Shown here: piece after piece, positions 1 through 8,229 of the stretch
How the letters are laid out: each line of letters opens with the position of its first letter
How positions within the stretch are numbered: position 1 is the stretch's first letter
From: Anaeromyxobacteraceae bacterium
GTDB lineage: Bacteria > Myxococcota > Myxococcia > Myxococcales > Anaeromyxobacteraceae
Assembly: GCA_035656915.1 (NCBI GenBank)
Contig: DASRRJ010000018.1
Coordinates: forward strand, 49,816 to 113,815
Reading direction: 5' to 3'
Length of the DNA: 64,000 nucleotides
Translations under genes and position numbers: made by a program
Notes under the pieces: generated by a model
Seen by the model: only the letters and a program-made list of their open reading frames with translations
Database searches by the model: none
What the model was told of the DNA's origin: nothing

Positions 1-438
1 CGCACCGGCGACATCGCCCGGCGCGACGCCGACGGCTATCTCACCTACGTGGGCCGGGCCGACGACGTCTTCAAGAGCTCCGACTACCGCATCAGCCCCT
101 TCGAGCTGGAGAGCGCGCTCATCGAGCACGAGGCGGTGGTGGAGGCGGCGGTGGTGCCGAGCCCGGACCCGATGCGCGGCGCGGTCCCCAAGGCCTTCGT
201 GATCCTGCGCGCCGACCGGCTGCCGGATCGCGCGCTGGCGCTCGACCTCTTCCGCTTCCTGCGGAAGCGGCTCGCTCCCTTCAAGCGGGTGCGGCGCCTG
301 GAGTTCAGCGACCTGCCCAAGACCATCTCCGGCAAGATCCGACGGGTGGAGCTGCGCGAGCTCGAGCAGGCCCGCCGCGCCGCGGGTGAGCGGGGCCCCC
401 AGGAGTACTGGCAGGAGGAGTTCCCCGAGCTCGTGTGA
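1..438 (+). CDS. AMP-dependent synthetase/ligase (acyl-CoA synthetase family), C-terminal fragment; 5' end lies outside the window
   Basis: The reading frame is open from nt 1. The C-terminal region (...RTGDIARRDADGYLTYVGRADDVFKSSDYRISPFELESALIEHEAVVEAAVV...LPKTISGKIRRVEL) matches the conserved C-terminal domain of adenylate-forming enzymes, including the GKI/V-R lysine motif. GC3 is high. Confidence 0.8.
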   Translation, partial: RTGDIARRDADGYLTYVGRADDVFKSSDYRISPFELESALIEHEAVVEAAVVPSPDPMRGAVPKAFVILRADRLPDRALALDLFRFLRKRLAPFKRVRRLEFSDLPKTISGKIRRVELRELEQARRAAGERGPQEYWQEEFPELV

Positions 439-442
439 GCCC

Positions 443-1798
443 TCACCGGGCCCGGGCGAGCGCGGCGTTCACCGTCACCACGTCGACCAGGCCGAGGGCG
501 CCGTAGAGCGCCGGGATCACCGCCTCGGGCGGGTGGCGGCGACGCAGCTCGGCCACCTTGTCGGTGCCGGCCCGGTAGGCGGGCAGGTACATGCGGCCGA
601 GGAGCGGGTGGGGCGCCCAGCCGCCGGCGAGCTTCCTGGCGCGCTCCTCCGAGCAGAGGTACTCGCGCCGCAGCGTGCGGGCCACCTCGGGCGCGGGCGC
701 CCCGTCGTTCCAGGTCAGCCACGCGGCCTGGTTCTTGGCGTCGTCCTGGAGCAGCGAGAGCAGCACCCCGAGCTGCAGGTCGGGGTCGGGGAGGTCGGCC
801 ACCTCGGTCACCCCGTGCGCCAGCAGCAGCGCGTTGTTTGCGATCCCCTCCGAGAGCGCCGCGCCGCGGGTGTTCATGGTGAGGACGGTGGCCTCGAAGC
901 CGAGCGCGCCGGAGAGGTGGCCTGCCTGGAGCAGCGCGAAGGTGCTGACGTGCCCCGGCACCACCTCGTGCGAGACGAGGCTCGCGAGCTCGGGCACCGA
1001 GATCTCGAGGGCGGCGTTGACCTCGTAGGTGGCGTCGTAGAGCGGCCGGCCCGCGGGCGTGCGGGCCCGGCCGAGGTAGTTCATCGACCCGGAGAACCAG
1101 GCGTCGGCGATGGTGAGGAAGCGGACGTTCGCGAGCGGCACGGCGCGCAGCGCGGGCGGGAGGTGCGGGGTGACGTGCCGCGCCGTGCCGGCCTCCAGCT
1201 CGGCGATGAAGGCCTGGGCCAGCATGGGGATCGACTTCGCCGGCACCTTCCGCTCCGCGCGCCAGGCGTCGACGGCGGCGAGGAGTTCCTCCGGCGCGCG
1301 CGACGGGTGCCCGGCGCAGGCGAGGAGCTCCTTCACCCGCTCCAGCTTCTCGGCCGGCCGGGAAGGCTCGGGCGGCTTGCCGGTGGAGGCCTCCACGCAG
1401 CGCGCGAAGGGGACCGGGGGACCGCGCCCGAGCCGCTCCTGCGAGAGCTCCCACATGACCTGCAGCGAGGTGACGAGCCCCTCGAGGTAGGCGCCGCGGA
1501 GGCCGCCCAGGGCGCGGGCCGCCCCGGACACCGCCGCCACCGCGCCCGGCACGTCCACCGCCGAGAGGTAGGCGTCCACCGCGGCCAGGTCGGGCGCGGC
1601 GGCGGAGACCCCGCCGCCCTGGCGAAGCGCTGCCGCGGCCGGGTGCGTGTAGGCGGCCGGGAGCGGCTCGTCGGAGAACCAGGAGTCGGCGATGAAGCGG
1701 CCGGCGCCGGAAGGGTTCATGACGTCGCCGCCCCAGAGCGTGTCGAGGCCGAGGACGGCGGTGGCGAGGGCAGGGGCGAGCCGGGAGTCGGTGCTCAT
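443..1798 (-). CDS. DUF885-like protein (putative metallopeptidase-like, HEVVPGH motif)
   Basis: 451-aa ORF with high GC3. An HE..PGH motif (SHEVVPGHVSTF) resembles the conserved motif of the DUF885 family. No signal peptide is obvious. The family assignment is from memory. Confidence 0.5.
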   Translation of the reverse strand: MSTDSRLAPALATAVLGLDTLWGGDVMNPSGAGRFIADSWFSDEPLPAAYTHPAAAALRQGGGVSAAAPDLAAVDAYLSAVDVPGAVAAVSGAARALGGLRGAYLEGLVTSLQVMWELSQERLGRGPPVPFARCVEASTGKPPEPSRPAEKLERVKELLACAGHPSRAPEELLAAVDAWRAERKVPAKSIPMLAQAFIAELEAGTARHVTPHLPPALRAVPLANVRFLTIADAWFSGSMNYLGRARTPAGRPLYDATYEVNAALEISVPELASLVSHEVVPGHVSTFALLQAGHLSGALGFEATVLTMNTRGAALSEGIANNALLLAHGVTEVADLPDPDLQLGVLLSLLQDDAKNQAAWLTWNDGAPAPEVARTLRREYLCSEERARKLAGGWAPHPLLGRMYLPAYRAGTDKVAELRRRHPPEAVIPALYGALGLVDVVTVNAALARAR

Positions 1799-1894
1799 GC
1801 GAGCGGTATAGCGCGGCGCGAACGTCGAGTCCTGCGAGCGTGGATCGCGGGATCCGAGGAGGCTGATCGCGGCGCGTCCAGGCGAGGCGGTGCT

Positions 1895-2494
1895 TCACCC
1901 CTGCCGCAGCGCCGGGCTGGGCCGCTCGCGCAGCGCGAGGCCGAGCGCCACGCCGGCGGCGAGCCCGCCCAGGTGGGCGGCGTTGTCGATGTAGCCCGAC
2001 ATGAACCCGAGCCCGACGTTGAGGGCCACCACCCAGCCGACGTCCTGGAGGATGAGCCGCCGCGCCTGCGGCGTGAGCCGGCGCCGCGCGCGCACCGCGA
2101 AGCCGAGCAGCGCGCCGAAGAGCGCGAAGATTCCGGCCGAGGCGCCCACCGAGGGGTTGGGCACGAAGGCCACGCTCGCCGCCATGCCCACCGCGCCGCC
2201 CCCGAGGAAGACCAGCAGGAACCTGGGCCGGCCGTAGAGCCGCTCGATCGACGGCCCCACCGAGGCGAGCGCCATGGAGTTGAAGGCGAGGTGCGCCAGG
2301 CCGCCGTGCAGGAAGCTGGCGGTGACGAGCCGCCAGACCTCGCCCGCCAGCACCCGCTCGTTCACCTTGGCGAAGAGCGCGAAGAGCCGCTGCTCCGGGT
2401 CCAGGCTGGTCGCCAGGAAGGCGACGATGAAGAGGCCGATGAGCGCGTAGCTCGCCGGGCCGTCCTCGATCCGCTGGCGGAGCGTGGGCGGCAA
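1895..2494 (-). CDS. Rhomboid family intramembrane serine protease
   Basis: 199 aa, polytopic. It has a GASAG (GxSG) catalytic serine motif, a downstream AHLGG catalytic histidine and an N-x-x-A/L motif in TM2. All are typical of rhomboid proteases. Confidence 0.85.
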   Translation of the reverse strand: MPPTLRQRIEDGPASYALIGLFIVAFLATSLDPEQRLFALFAKVNERVLAGEVWRLVTASFLHGGLAHLAFNSMALASVGPSIERLYGRPRFLLVFLGGGAVGMAASVAFVPNPSVGASAGIFALFGALLGFAVRARRRLTPQARRLILQDVGWVVALNVGLGFMSGYIDNAAHLGGLAAGVALGLALRERPSPALRQG

Positions 2495-2498
2495 GGCG

Positions 2499-3164
2499 CT
2501 ACTTCGTGCCGGGCGCGGCCGGCGGCGGGAACGGCGCCACCGGTCCCCGCGGCGCGCCGGCGGCGTCGAGCCGCTGCAGCGCCTGGCGCGCCTGGAGGGC
2601 GATGGGGCTCGCGGGCTCGGTCTCCAGGATCTTGTTCCAGGCCTTCTTCGCCTTCTCGGGCTGCTTCAGATCGTCGGCGTAGACGATGCCGAGGTTGAAG
2701 AGGCTCTGCATGTGGCGCGGGTCGATCTTGTTCGCCTTCTCGAAGTTGGCGGCCGCCTTGTCGAAGGCCCCGAGCTCCCGGTACATCACGCCCTGGTCGG
2801 TGAGGACGTTCGGGTCGTCGCCCTGCAGCGCGAGCGCCTTGGCGTAGGCATCGATCGACTTCTGCCGCTGGTGCGTGTCGAAGTAGGCGTTGCCGAGCTC
2901 GACCCAGCCCTGGCGGTTCTTGGGATCCTGTGCCACGAGCGCCTGGGAGGCGGCGATCTGCTGCTCCATCGCGGCGGCCGGCGGCTGGGGCGCGCCCTGG
3001 AGGCCCGTGGTGGGGGCGATGGGCGCGGACGAGGGCTCGTTGATCTTCGAGACCACGATGTAGCCGACGAGCAGGGCGACGACGACGCCGACAGCGAAGC
3101 CGAGCACGGTGTTCCGATCCAAGGTGCTACCTCCTCTGGCGGGATCCTCCCGCGAGGGGCGCAT
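2499..3164 (-). CDS. TPR-repeat protein with N-terminal membrane anchor
   Basis: The long ORF 2499-3785 was trimmed to Met208 (ATG at 3164), which precedes a hydrophobic anchor (VLGFAVGVVVALLVGYIVV). It is followed by TPR-like repeats (GWVELGNAYFDTHQRQKSIDAYAKALALQGDDPNVLTDQGVMYRELGAFDKAAANFEKANKIDP...). The upstream part of the ORF is low-complexity junk. Confidence 0.7.
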   Translation of the reverse strand: MRPSREDPARGGSTLDRNTVLGFAVGVVVALLVGYIVVSKINEPSSAPIAPTTGLQGAPQPPAAAMEQQIAASQALVAQDPKNRQGWVELGNAYFDTHQRQKSIDAYAKALALQGDDPNVLTDQGVMYRELGAFDKAAANFEKANKIDPRHMQSLFNLGIVYADDLKQPEKAKKAWNKILETEPASPIALQARQALQRLDAAGAPRGPVAPFPPPAAPGTK

Positions 3165-3208
3165 TGTCGCACGACTCCGGGCGGCCGCCCATCCGTGAAG
3201 TGGCGCCG

Positions 3209-4198
3209 TCAGCGCGGGCGGACCTTCATCCCCTTGCACGGGTCCTCGCGCTCGGCGCCCGGGGTGAAGACCACGTAGTCGAAGGGGAGGGCGGCGGCGG
3301 TGTAGTCCTTGGCGTAGGCCTCGGGGGTGCAGCCGTCCTTGAGGACCTCCACCAGGGCCACCGACACCAGCTTCCGCGCCCGGGCCGCCGGCGGCAGGTA
3401 CCACGGGACCCCGCGGTCGGTCCGGACGTGGCCGGTCCCGGCGATGAGGATCACCGGGCGGCTCGCGCCGGCGGTCGACAGGCTCTCGGCCAGCTGGGCG
3501 TCGCGGGCGCGCTGTCCCAGCACCATCGGGTCGAGGAGCGGCTCGGGGAGCTTGCCGCAGTGCGACTCGGCCATCTCCTCGCGCATCTCCCGGAGCGCCT
3601 CCGGCTCCATGGGCGCCTCGACGGCGCGGCGCAGGTCGGGCGAGAGCGCGGCGGGCCCCTTCGTCACCACCTCCTGCACCTCCTTGCGGACCAGGTTGGC
3701 GGCGATGAGCGGCAGGTCCTCCTCCACCGCGGCGGCGAAGATGGGCCGGTAGAGGGCGAAGGCGGGCCAGCCGCTCTTGTCCCACTGCACCGCGGCCCCG
3801 ACGGCGTCGGCGCTGGCCGGCTTCTTCCGGGCCGCGGCGTCGAGGGCCGCCTGCTTGCCGGTGTCGAGCATCTCGAAGGCGATCGCCGGGTGGCGGCCGG
3901 AGGCGGCGGCGGCGCGCACCAGCCTGGCCTGCAGCAGGTGGTGGTCCGGGTTGTCATGGGTCTCGCCGAGCAGCGCGAAGTCGGCGCCAGCCACGGCCGC
4001 GTCGAGAGCGGCCTGGTCGACGAAGCGCGCCTGCTTCACGTCCCAGATCCTGCCCACCAGCGGGTGGTCGCGGTGCCGCTCGCTCTTCCAGTCGAGCGCG
4101 AGCGCGGGGGCGCCGGGGAGCGGCTTGCAGTGCTGCTGCGAGGCGCAGCCGGCGACGAGCGCGGCCGCGAGGGAGAGCGCGAGCGGGAGGGTTCTCAT
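3209..4198 (-). CDS. ChaN-family (haem-binding uptake, Tiki-like) lipoprotein
   Basis: The signal peptide has a lipobox (LVAGC). Conserved LLGETHDNPDHH and GTGH motifs are typical of the ChaN/Cofac_haem_bdg family. 329 aa. Confidence 0.6.
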   Translation of the reverse strand: MRTLPLALSLAAALVAGCASQQHCKPLPGAPALALDWKSERHRDHPLVGRIWDVKQARFVDQAALDAAVAGADFALLGETHDNPDHHLLQARLVRAAAASGRHPAIAFEMLDTGKQAALDAAARKKPASADAVGAAVQWDKSGWPAFALYRPIFAAAVEEDLPLIAANLVRKEVQEVVTKGPAALSPDLRRAVEAPMEPEALREMREEMAESHCGKLPEPLLDPMVLGQRARDAQLAESLSTAGASRPVILIAGTGHVRTDRGVPWYLPPAARARKLVSVALVEVLKDGCTPEAYAKDYTAAALPFDYVVFTPGAEREDPCKGMKVRPR

Positions 4199-4230
4199 CG
4201 CGCAGTGACATAGCCGCTCCGGGGCGGCGG

Positions 4231-4380
4231 GTCACCCCCTCCCTGGCCCTCCCCCTTCCAGGGAGAGGGGGAAGAGGCGGGCCGCGCGGCACCACCTCGC
4301 GGAGGCGCAGCGCTGCTCTCCCTCCCCGCCGCGCCGACGGGCCGCGGCGCCGCTCTCCCTCCCCGCCGCGCGGGGAGGGG
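4231..4380. repeat. GC-rich intergenic region with imperfect inverted repeat (CCCCTCCCTGG...CCAGGGAGAGGGG), 20-bp direct repeat (GCTCTCCCTCCCCGCCGCGC x2) and hairpin CCCTCCCCGCcgcgcGGGGAGGG
   Basis: Read in the sequence. It lies between the ChaN-like gene start and the small RG-rich gene end. Confidence 0.6.
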
Positions 4381-4421
4381 CGGCCATGAGGACCGCGCCG
4401 CGCCCCGGCGAAGCCGCTGCG

Positions 4422-4724
4422 CTACTGCGGCCGCTTCGGCCAGGGGGAGGCTTCGCCGCGCTCGTCCACGCGGACCCGCTCGTGGCCAGGGCCGCGCCAG
4501 ACGCTGCCGGCGATGACCCGGCGCGGCAGCCAGGGCCAGCTGGCGCGGGCGGCGTCGGAGGTGAAGACGGCCGGGGAGGGAGGGATCTCGGGCGTGCCGG
4601 TGAGCGGCTCGGACACGGGCGCGGGCGCGCGCGGTCCGCGGTTACGCCGGCGGCCGCGGCGCGAGCCGCCACCGCCGCCGCCGCGCGAGCCGGAAGAAGG
4701 GGAGATGAAGTGCAGGTCGTCCAA
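4422..4724 (-). CDS. Small Arg/Gly-rich hypothetical protein (100 aa), TTG start
   Basis: GC3 is about 88% in this frame, against mixed GC3 in the overlapping + ORF. A perfect AAGGAG Shine-Dalgarno sits 7 nt upstream of the TTG start. The ORF starts 17 nt downstream of the tgt-mnmC-like stop on the same strand. Confidence 0.5.
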   Translation of the reverse strand: MDDLHFISPSSGSRGGGGGGSRRGRRRNRGPRAPAPVSEPLTGTPEIPPSPAVFTSDAARASWPWLPRRVIAGSVWRGPGHERVRVDERGEASPWPKRPQ

Positions 4725-4743
4725 GATGCGTCTCCTTGCGAGG

Positions 4744-6741
4744 CTACTCCGCGCCCGCGGCGAGGGCCGTGGGCGCGGTGAACTGCGGGTGCGCGCGGAT
4801 GAGCTCCAGCGCGTCGGCGGAGGCGTCCGCCGGGAACGGGGAGGAGGAGCGGGCGAGCCGGGCCAGCCAGCGCGCGTCGAGCGGCCGCACCAGATCGTCG
4901 CGCGACGTCGCCGCGGCGGTGGTCTCGGCCTTGGGCCCCGAGGCGTCGCCCGCGCCCACGAAGAACCCGGCCAGGAGGAGCGCGCTCCGCACCGCGGTGG
5001 CGGTGCTGTAGGTGAAGAGGGTCGCGCCGGGCGCGCAGCGCAGGCGGACCGCGCGGAACGCGGCGGCTGTCCAGAGCGCCGGGTTCTGCTTGGGAGAGAA
5101 GGGATCCCAGAAGACGAGATCGGCCCGCGCCGGCTCGCGCGCCAGCGCCTCGAGGGCGTCGCCCTCTACCAGCCTCCAGCCGGCGGCCGCCTCCTGGTGG
5201 CGTCCGGTGGCGAGGATCGCCCGGGCCGCGGCGAGGTCCTCGCCGGAGAGGCCGAGCCGGGCGGCGCCCTCGTCGGAGGTCGCGAGCGAGAGCGCGCCAA
5301 GGTCGCGCTCGAAGCTCACCAGCTCCAGCCGGCGCGCGCCGGGCGGCGCCGCGCGGGCGGCGCGCAAGGCGGCGAGGGCGTTCGAGGCGGCCCCGAGCCC
5401 CACGTCGAAGAGCACCAGGGGAGCGCCGCGCTCCGTGAGGCGGGCCGCGAGGCGCGACTGGGCCACGTAGAGCTGCTCCGACTCGGCGGTGGGGCCGATG
5501 ACCGGGTGCATCACCTCGCCCACCACCCGGTCGCGAACCGCGGCCGCGCCCTCGCTCGTCTGCACGATCTCGAAGCGGTCCGGCGGCGGCGGCACCGGGA
5601 CTCCCGGCTGGCGCCCCTCGGGGTCGTGCTCGTGCCGGTCGATGGCCGCGAGCGTCTCCCGGGCGAAGCGCTCGTAGCGCCCCTCCTCGATGGCGGCGCG
5701 GATGCCGCGCATCAGCTCGAGGTAGTGGTGCAGGTTGTGGACGGCGAGCAGCCGCGGCCCGAGCGGCTCCTTGCACTTCATGAGGTGGTGCAGGTAGCCG
5801 CGCGGGTGGGCGCGGCAGGTGGGACAGGCGCAGACGGGGTCGAGCGGCTCCTGCGAGAGCCGGTGATCGCCGCGGGTGAGCCGCACCCGGCCGGTGGAGG
5901 TGAAGGCGGTGCCCTGCCACGCCATGACGGTGGGGATGACGCAGTCGAACATGTCCACGCCGTGCGCGACCATCTCCAGGATGTCGGGCGGGGTGCCCAC
6001 GCCCATCAGGTAGCGCGGCCGGTCCTCCGGGAGCAGCTCCGCCGCGCGGGCCACCACCTCCGAACGTTGGGCGCGGGTGTCGCCGACGGCGAGCCCCCCG
6101 ATGGCGAAGCCATCGAAGGGGTGCTGGGTGAGGAAGCGCGCCGACTCGGTCCGGAGCTCGGGCGAGAGGCCGCCCTGGACGATGGCGAAGAGGGCCTGCT
6201 CCGGGTCCTGCCGCGCGGCGAGGCTGCGCAGCGCCCAGCGGTGGGTGCGCTCCATCGCCTCGCGGATGGCGCTCGGCTCGGCGGTGGAGGGGAGGCAGAT
6301 GTCGAGCACCATCATCACGTCGGAGCCGAGCGCGGTCTGCACCTCGATCGACCGCTCCGGGGAGAGGTGGTGGTAGCGGCAGTCGACGTAGCTCTTGAAG
6401 CGCGCCCCCTCCTCGGTGATGGTCCGGTCCTTCGCGAGCGAGAAGATCTGGAAGCCGCCCGAGTCGGTGAGGATGGGCCGGTCCCAGCCCATGAAGCGGT
6501 GCAGGCCACCGAAGTGGCGCATCGCCTCTGGACCGGGCCGCAGCAGCAGGTGGTAGGTGTTGCCGAGGACGATCTCGGCGCCGAGGCCGCGCAGGTCCTC
6601 GGGCGTGAGGCCGGTGACGGTGGCGCGGGTCCCGACCGGCATGAAGGCCGGGGTCTCCACCCGCCCGTGGGGGGTGGTGAAGGCGCCGCGCCGCGCGCGG
6701 GTCCCCACGTCGCGGGGGCCTGGGTGGAAGCGGAAAGGCAT
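4744..6741 (-). CDS. tgt: Queuine tRNA-ribosyltransferase (Tgt) fused in-frame to an MnmC-like (DUF752) SAM methyltransferase domain
   Basis: The ORF was trimmed to Met140 (ATG at 6741; MPFRFHPGPRDVGTRARRGAFTTPHGRVETPAFMPVGT...). It has the Tgt motifs LTDSGGFQIF, AIVQGGL and the C-terminal Zn site CxCxxC...H. There is no stop before a roughly 280-aa C-terminal extension with DLVFWDPFSPKQNPALWT, which is typical of the MnmC N-terminal methyltransferase domain. 665 aa in total. Confidence 0.75.
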   Translation of the reverse strand: MPFRFHPGPRDVGTRARRGAFTTPHGRVETPAFMPVGTRATVTGLTPEDLRGLGAEIVLGNTYHLLLRPGPEAMRHFGGLHRFMGWDRPILTDSGGFQIFSLAKDRTITEEGARFKSYVDCRYHHLSPERSIEVQTALGSDVMMVLDICLPSTAEPSAIREAMERTHRWALRSLAARQDPEQALFAIVQGGLSPELRTESARFLTQHPFDGFAIGGLAVGDTRAQRSEVVARAAELLPEDRPRYLMGVGTPPDILEMVAHGVDMFDCVIPTVMAWQGTAFTSTGRVRLTRGDHRLSQEPLDPVCACPTCRAHPRGYLHHLMKCKEPLGPRLLAVHNLHHYLELMRGIRAAIEEGRYERFARETLAAIDRHEHDPEGRQPGVPVPPPPDRFEIVQTSEGAAAVRDRVVGEVMHPVIGPTAESEQLYVAQSRLAARLTERGAPLVLFDVGLGAASNALAALRAARAAPPGARRLELVSFERDLGALSLATSDEGAARLGLSGEDLAAARAILATGRHQEAAAGWRLVEGDALEALAREPARADLVFWDPFSPKQNPALWTAAAFRAVRLRCAPGATLFTYSTATAVRSALLLAGFFVGAGDASGPKAETTAAATSRDDLVRPLDARWLARLARSSSPFPADASADALELIRAHPQFTAPTALAAGAE

Positions 6742-6849
6742 CTGGTTCAGGGGAGCGGCGCGCCGAATAGAGCACGGTTCGCGCGCGCCGTCACGCCGCT
6801 GGGGCGGAAACTTCGACGCCGGCGGCTGGTTCGTGCTTTGCTTCGGGAC

Positions 6850-7227
6850 GTGAAGACCACTCGATTCGGCAAGGCGCTCTGGTTCCTGGCTGTGCTGCTC
6901 GTCGTCGCCGTCGCCGGCCTGGCCCTGTACACCTGGGGCACGCTGAGCTTCAGCTACTCCAGCGGCGATCGGGTCGGCTACGTGCAGAAATTCTCGAAGA
7001 AGGGCTGGATCTGCAAGACCTGGGAGGGCGAGCTGGCCATGGTCACCCTGCCCGGTGCCATCCCGGAGAAGTTCTACTTCAGCGTCCGCAAGGATGCGAC
7101 CGCGAATGAGATCAACCGGCTGCTCGGGCGGCGGGTCAAGCTCCAGTACTCGCAGCACCGCGGCGTGCCGACCACCTGCTTCGCCGAGACCGAGTACTTC
7201 GTGGACGACGTGAAGCCGGTCGACTGA
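6850..7227 (+). CDS. Small membrane-anchored hypothetical protein (GTG start)
   Basis: This is the tail of a long shadow ORF. An in-frame GTG precedes a TM helix (ALWFLAVLLVVAVAGLALY) and then a compact hydrophilic domain (YVQKFSKKGWICKTWEGELAMVTLPGAIPEKFYFSVRKD...). GC3 is high. Confidence 0.5.
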   Translation: MKTTRFGKALWFLAVLLVVAVAGLALYTWGTLSFSYSSGDRVGYVQKFSKKGWICKTWEGELAMVTLPGAIPEKFYFSVRKDATANEINRLLGRRVKLQYSQHRGVPTTCFAETEYFVDDVKPVD

Positions 7228-7323
7228 GAGAGGGAGCGGCTCGCGAGATCAACCCGCCGCTCCGCGGGGTTGTTCCGCGCCGAGCCGGGAGCCGCTCGGC
7301 GCCTCGGGCGGAGCGGCGAACGG

Positions 7324-7560
7324 CTAGCGGATGAACCGCGCCGGCCGGTGCCCCGCCGGCCGCGCCTGGACCAGCTGGCCCGCGCAGTCGGCCGACGCGA
7401 ACTCGACCGGGCCGGCCTGGACCGGTGGTGGCCGCCGCGAGGTCTCCGCCACGAAGCCGGCGCCGAGGGCGGCGCAGAAGGCGAGGACGGCGAGGCCGCG
7501 CAGGCCGGCGAGGCGGGACGGAGTGGGGAAGTGCACCGCGGGGGCGGGGGTGGTGGTCAT
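7324..7560 (-). CDS. Small membrane protein downstream of an ECF sigma factor (possible anti-sigma/regulator)
   Basis: 78 aa with one TM segment (LAGLRGLAVLAFCAALGAGFVA) and high GC3. It lies immediately downstream of the ECF sigma gene on the same strand. The overlapping + ORF is Arg-rich and low-complexity. Confidence 0.4.
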   Translation of the reverse strand: MTTTPAPAVHFPTPSRLAGLRGLAVLAFCAALGAGFVAETSRRPPPVQAGPVEFASADCAGQLVQARPAGHRPARFIR

Positions 7561-7632
7561 GTCGGAGTTCCTCCTGACGTCTGGACAGGAGGGCGGCGCG
7601 GATCCGACGGATGGGATCCGGTCACGGTCGGG

Positions 7633-8229
7633 TCAGTCGAGCAGCCCCTGCTCCCTCGCCAGTCTTGCCAGCCGTTCCTTCAGCCGCTCGAAGCGCTTGG
7701 AGACCGCGTCGGGGGTCGGCGCGCTCCCCTCGGCGGCGACGACGCCGGCGATCTCGGCCCAGGAGAGCTGCTGGTCGAGCCGCAGCGTGAGGAGCGACTG
7801 GTCCTCGGCGGAGAGGCTGGCGCGCAGGCTGGCGAGGGCGTCGCGCTGCCGCTCCACGCGGATCGCCGTGCCGGTGCGGACCTCCTCGGCGAGGGCCGAG
7901 GCCTCGCCGGTGGCGAAGGGGCGCGCCCGTCGGCGCCAGGCCTCGTCGCGCAGGTTGAGCGCGGCGTCCCAGGCGATGCGGTAGGCCCAGGTGCGAAGCC
8001 CGGCCTCGCCGCGGAAGCGGGGCAGCCCCTTCCACAGGTTCTCGGCGAACTGCGAGAAGGCGTCGCGCGCGTCGGCCTCCTCGCGCAGCACCGCGCGCAG
8101 ATAGCGCAGGATCTGGGGACCGAGCGCGCGGATGGCCGCGGTGGCCGCGCCCTCCCCGTCCCCGGCGCCGAGGAGCGCTCGCACCCGCGCCTCCAGCGTC
8201 TCCAGCTCGCCCGGCCCGGCGTCGCTCAC
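7633..8229 (-). CDS. ECF-type RNA polymerase sigma-70 factor
   Basis: Sigma-70 region 2 (ILRYLRAVLREEADARDAFSQFAENLWKGLPRFRGEAGLRTWAYRIAWDAALNLRDE) and region 4 (LSAEDQSLLTLRLDQQLSWAEIAGVV) are present. The start was set at a GTG (VSDAGPGELE...) that overlaps the upstream kinase stop as GTGA. The longer ORF start would overlap the kinase extensively. Confidence 0.75.
   Translation of the reverse strand: MSDAGPGELETLEARVRALLGAGDGEGAATAAIRALGPQILRYLRAVLREEADARDAFSQFAENLWKGLPRFRGEAGLRTWAYRIAWDAALNLRDEAWRRRARPFATGEASALAEEVRTGTAIRVERQRDALASLRASLSAEDQSLLTLRLDQQLSWAEIAGVVAAEGSAPTPDAVSKRFERLKERLARLAREQGLLD

Noticed and set aside
4232-6775. 847-aa minus-strand ORF in another frame over tgt
   Set aside because: It is a shadow ORF of the Tgt frame, with Arg/Pro/Ala low-complexity and no motifs.
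4513-7227. 904-aa + strand ORF spanning the tgt region
   Set aside because: It is antisense to the Tgt-MnmC gene, which has clear motifs. Its translation is low-complexity Arg/Gly/Glu-rich. Only its last 125 codons (6850-7227) look like a real small membrane protein.
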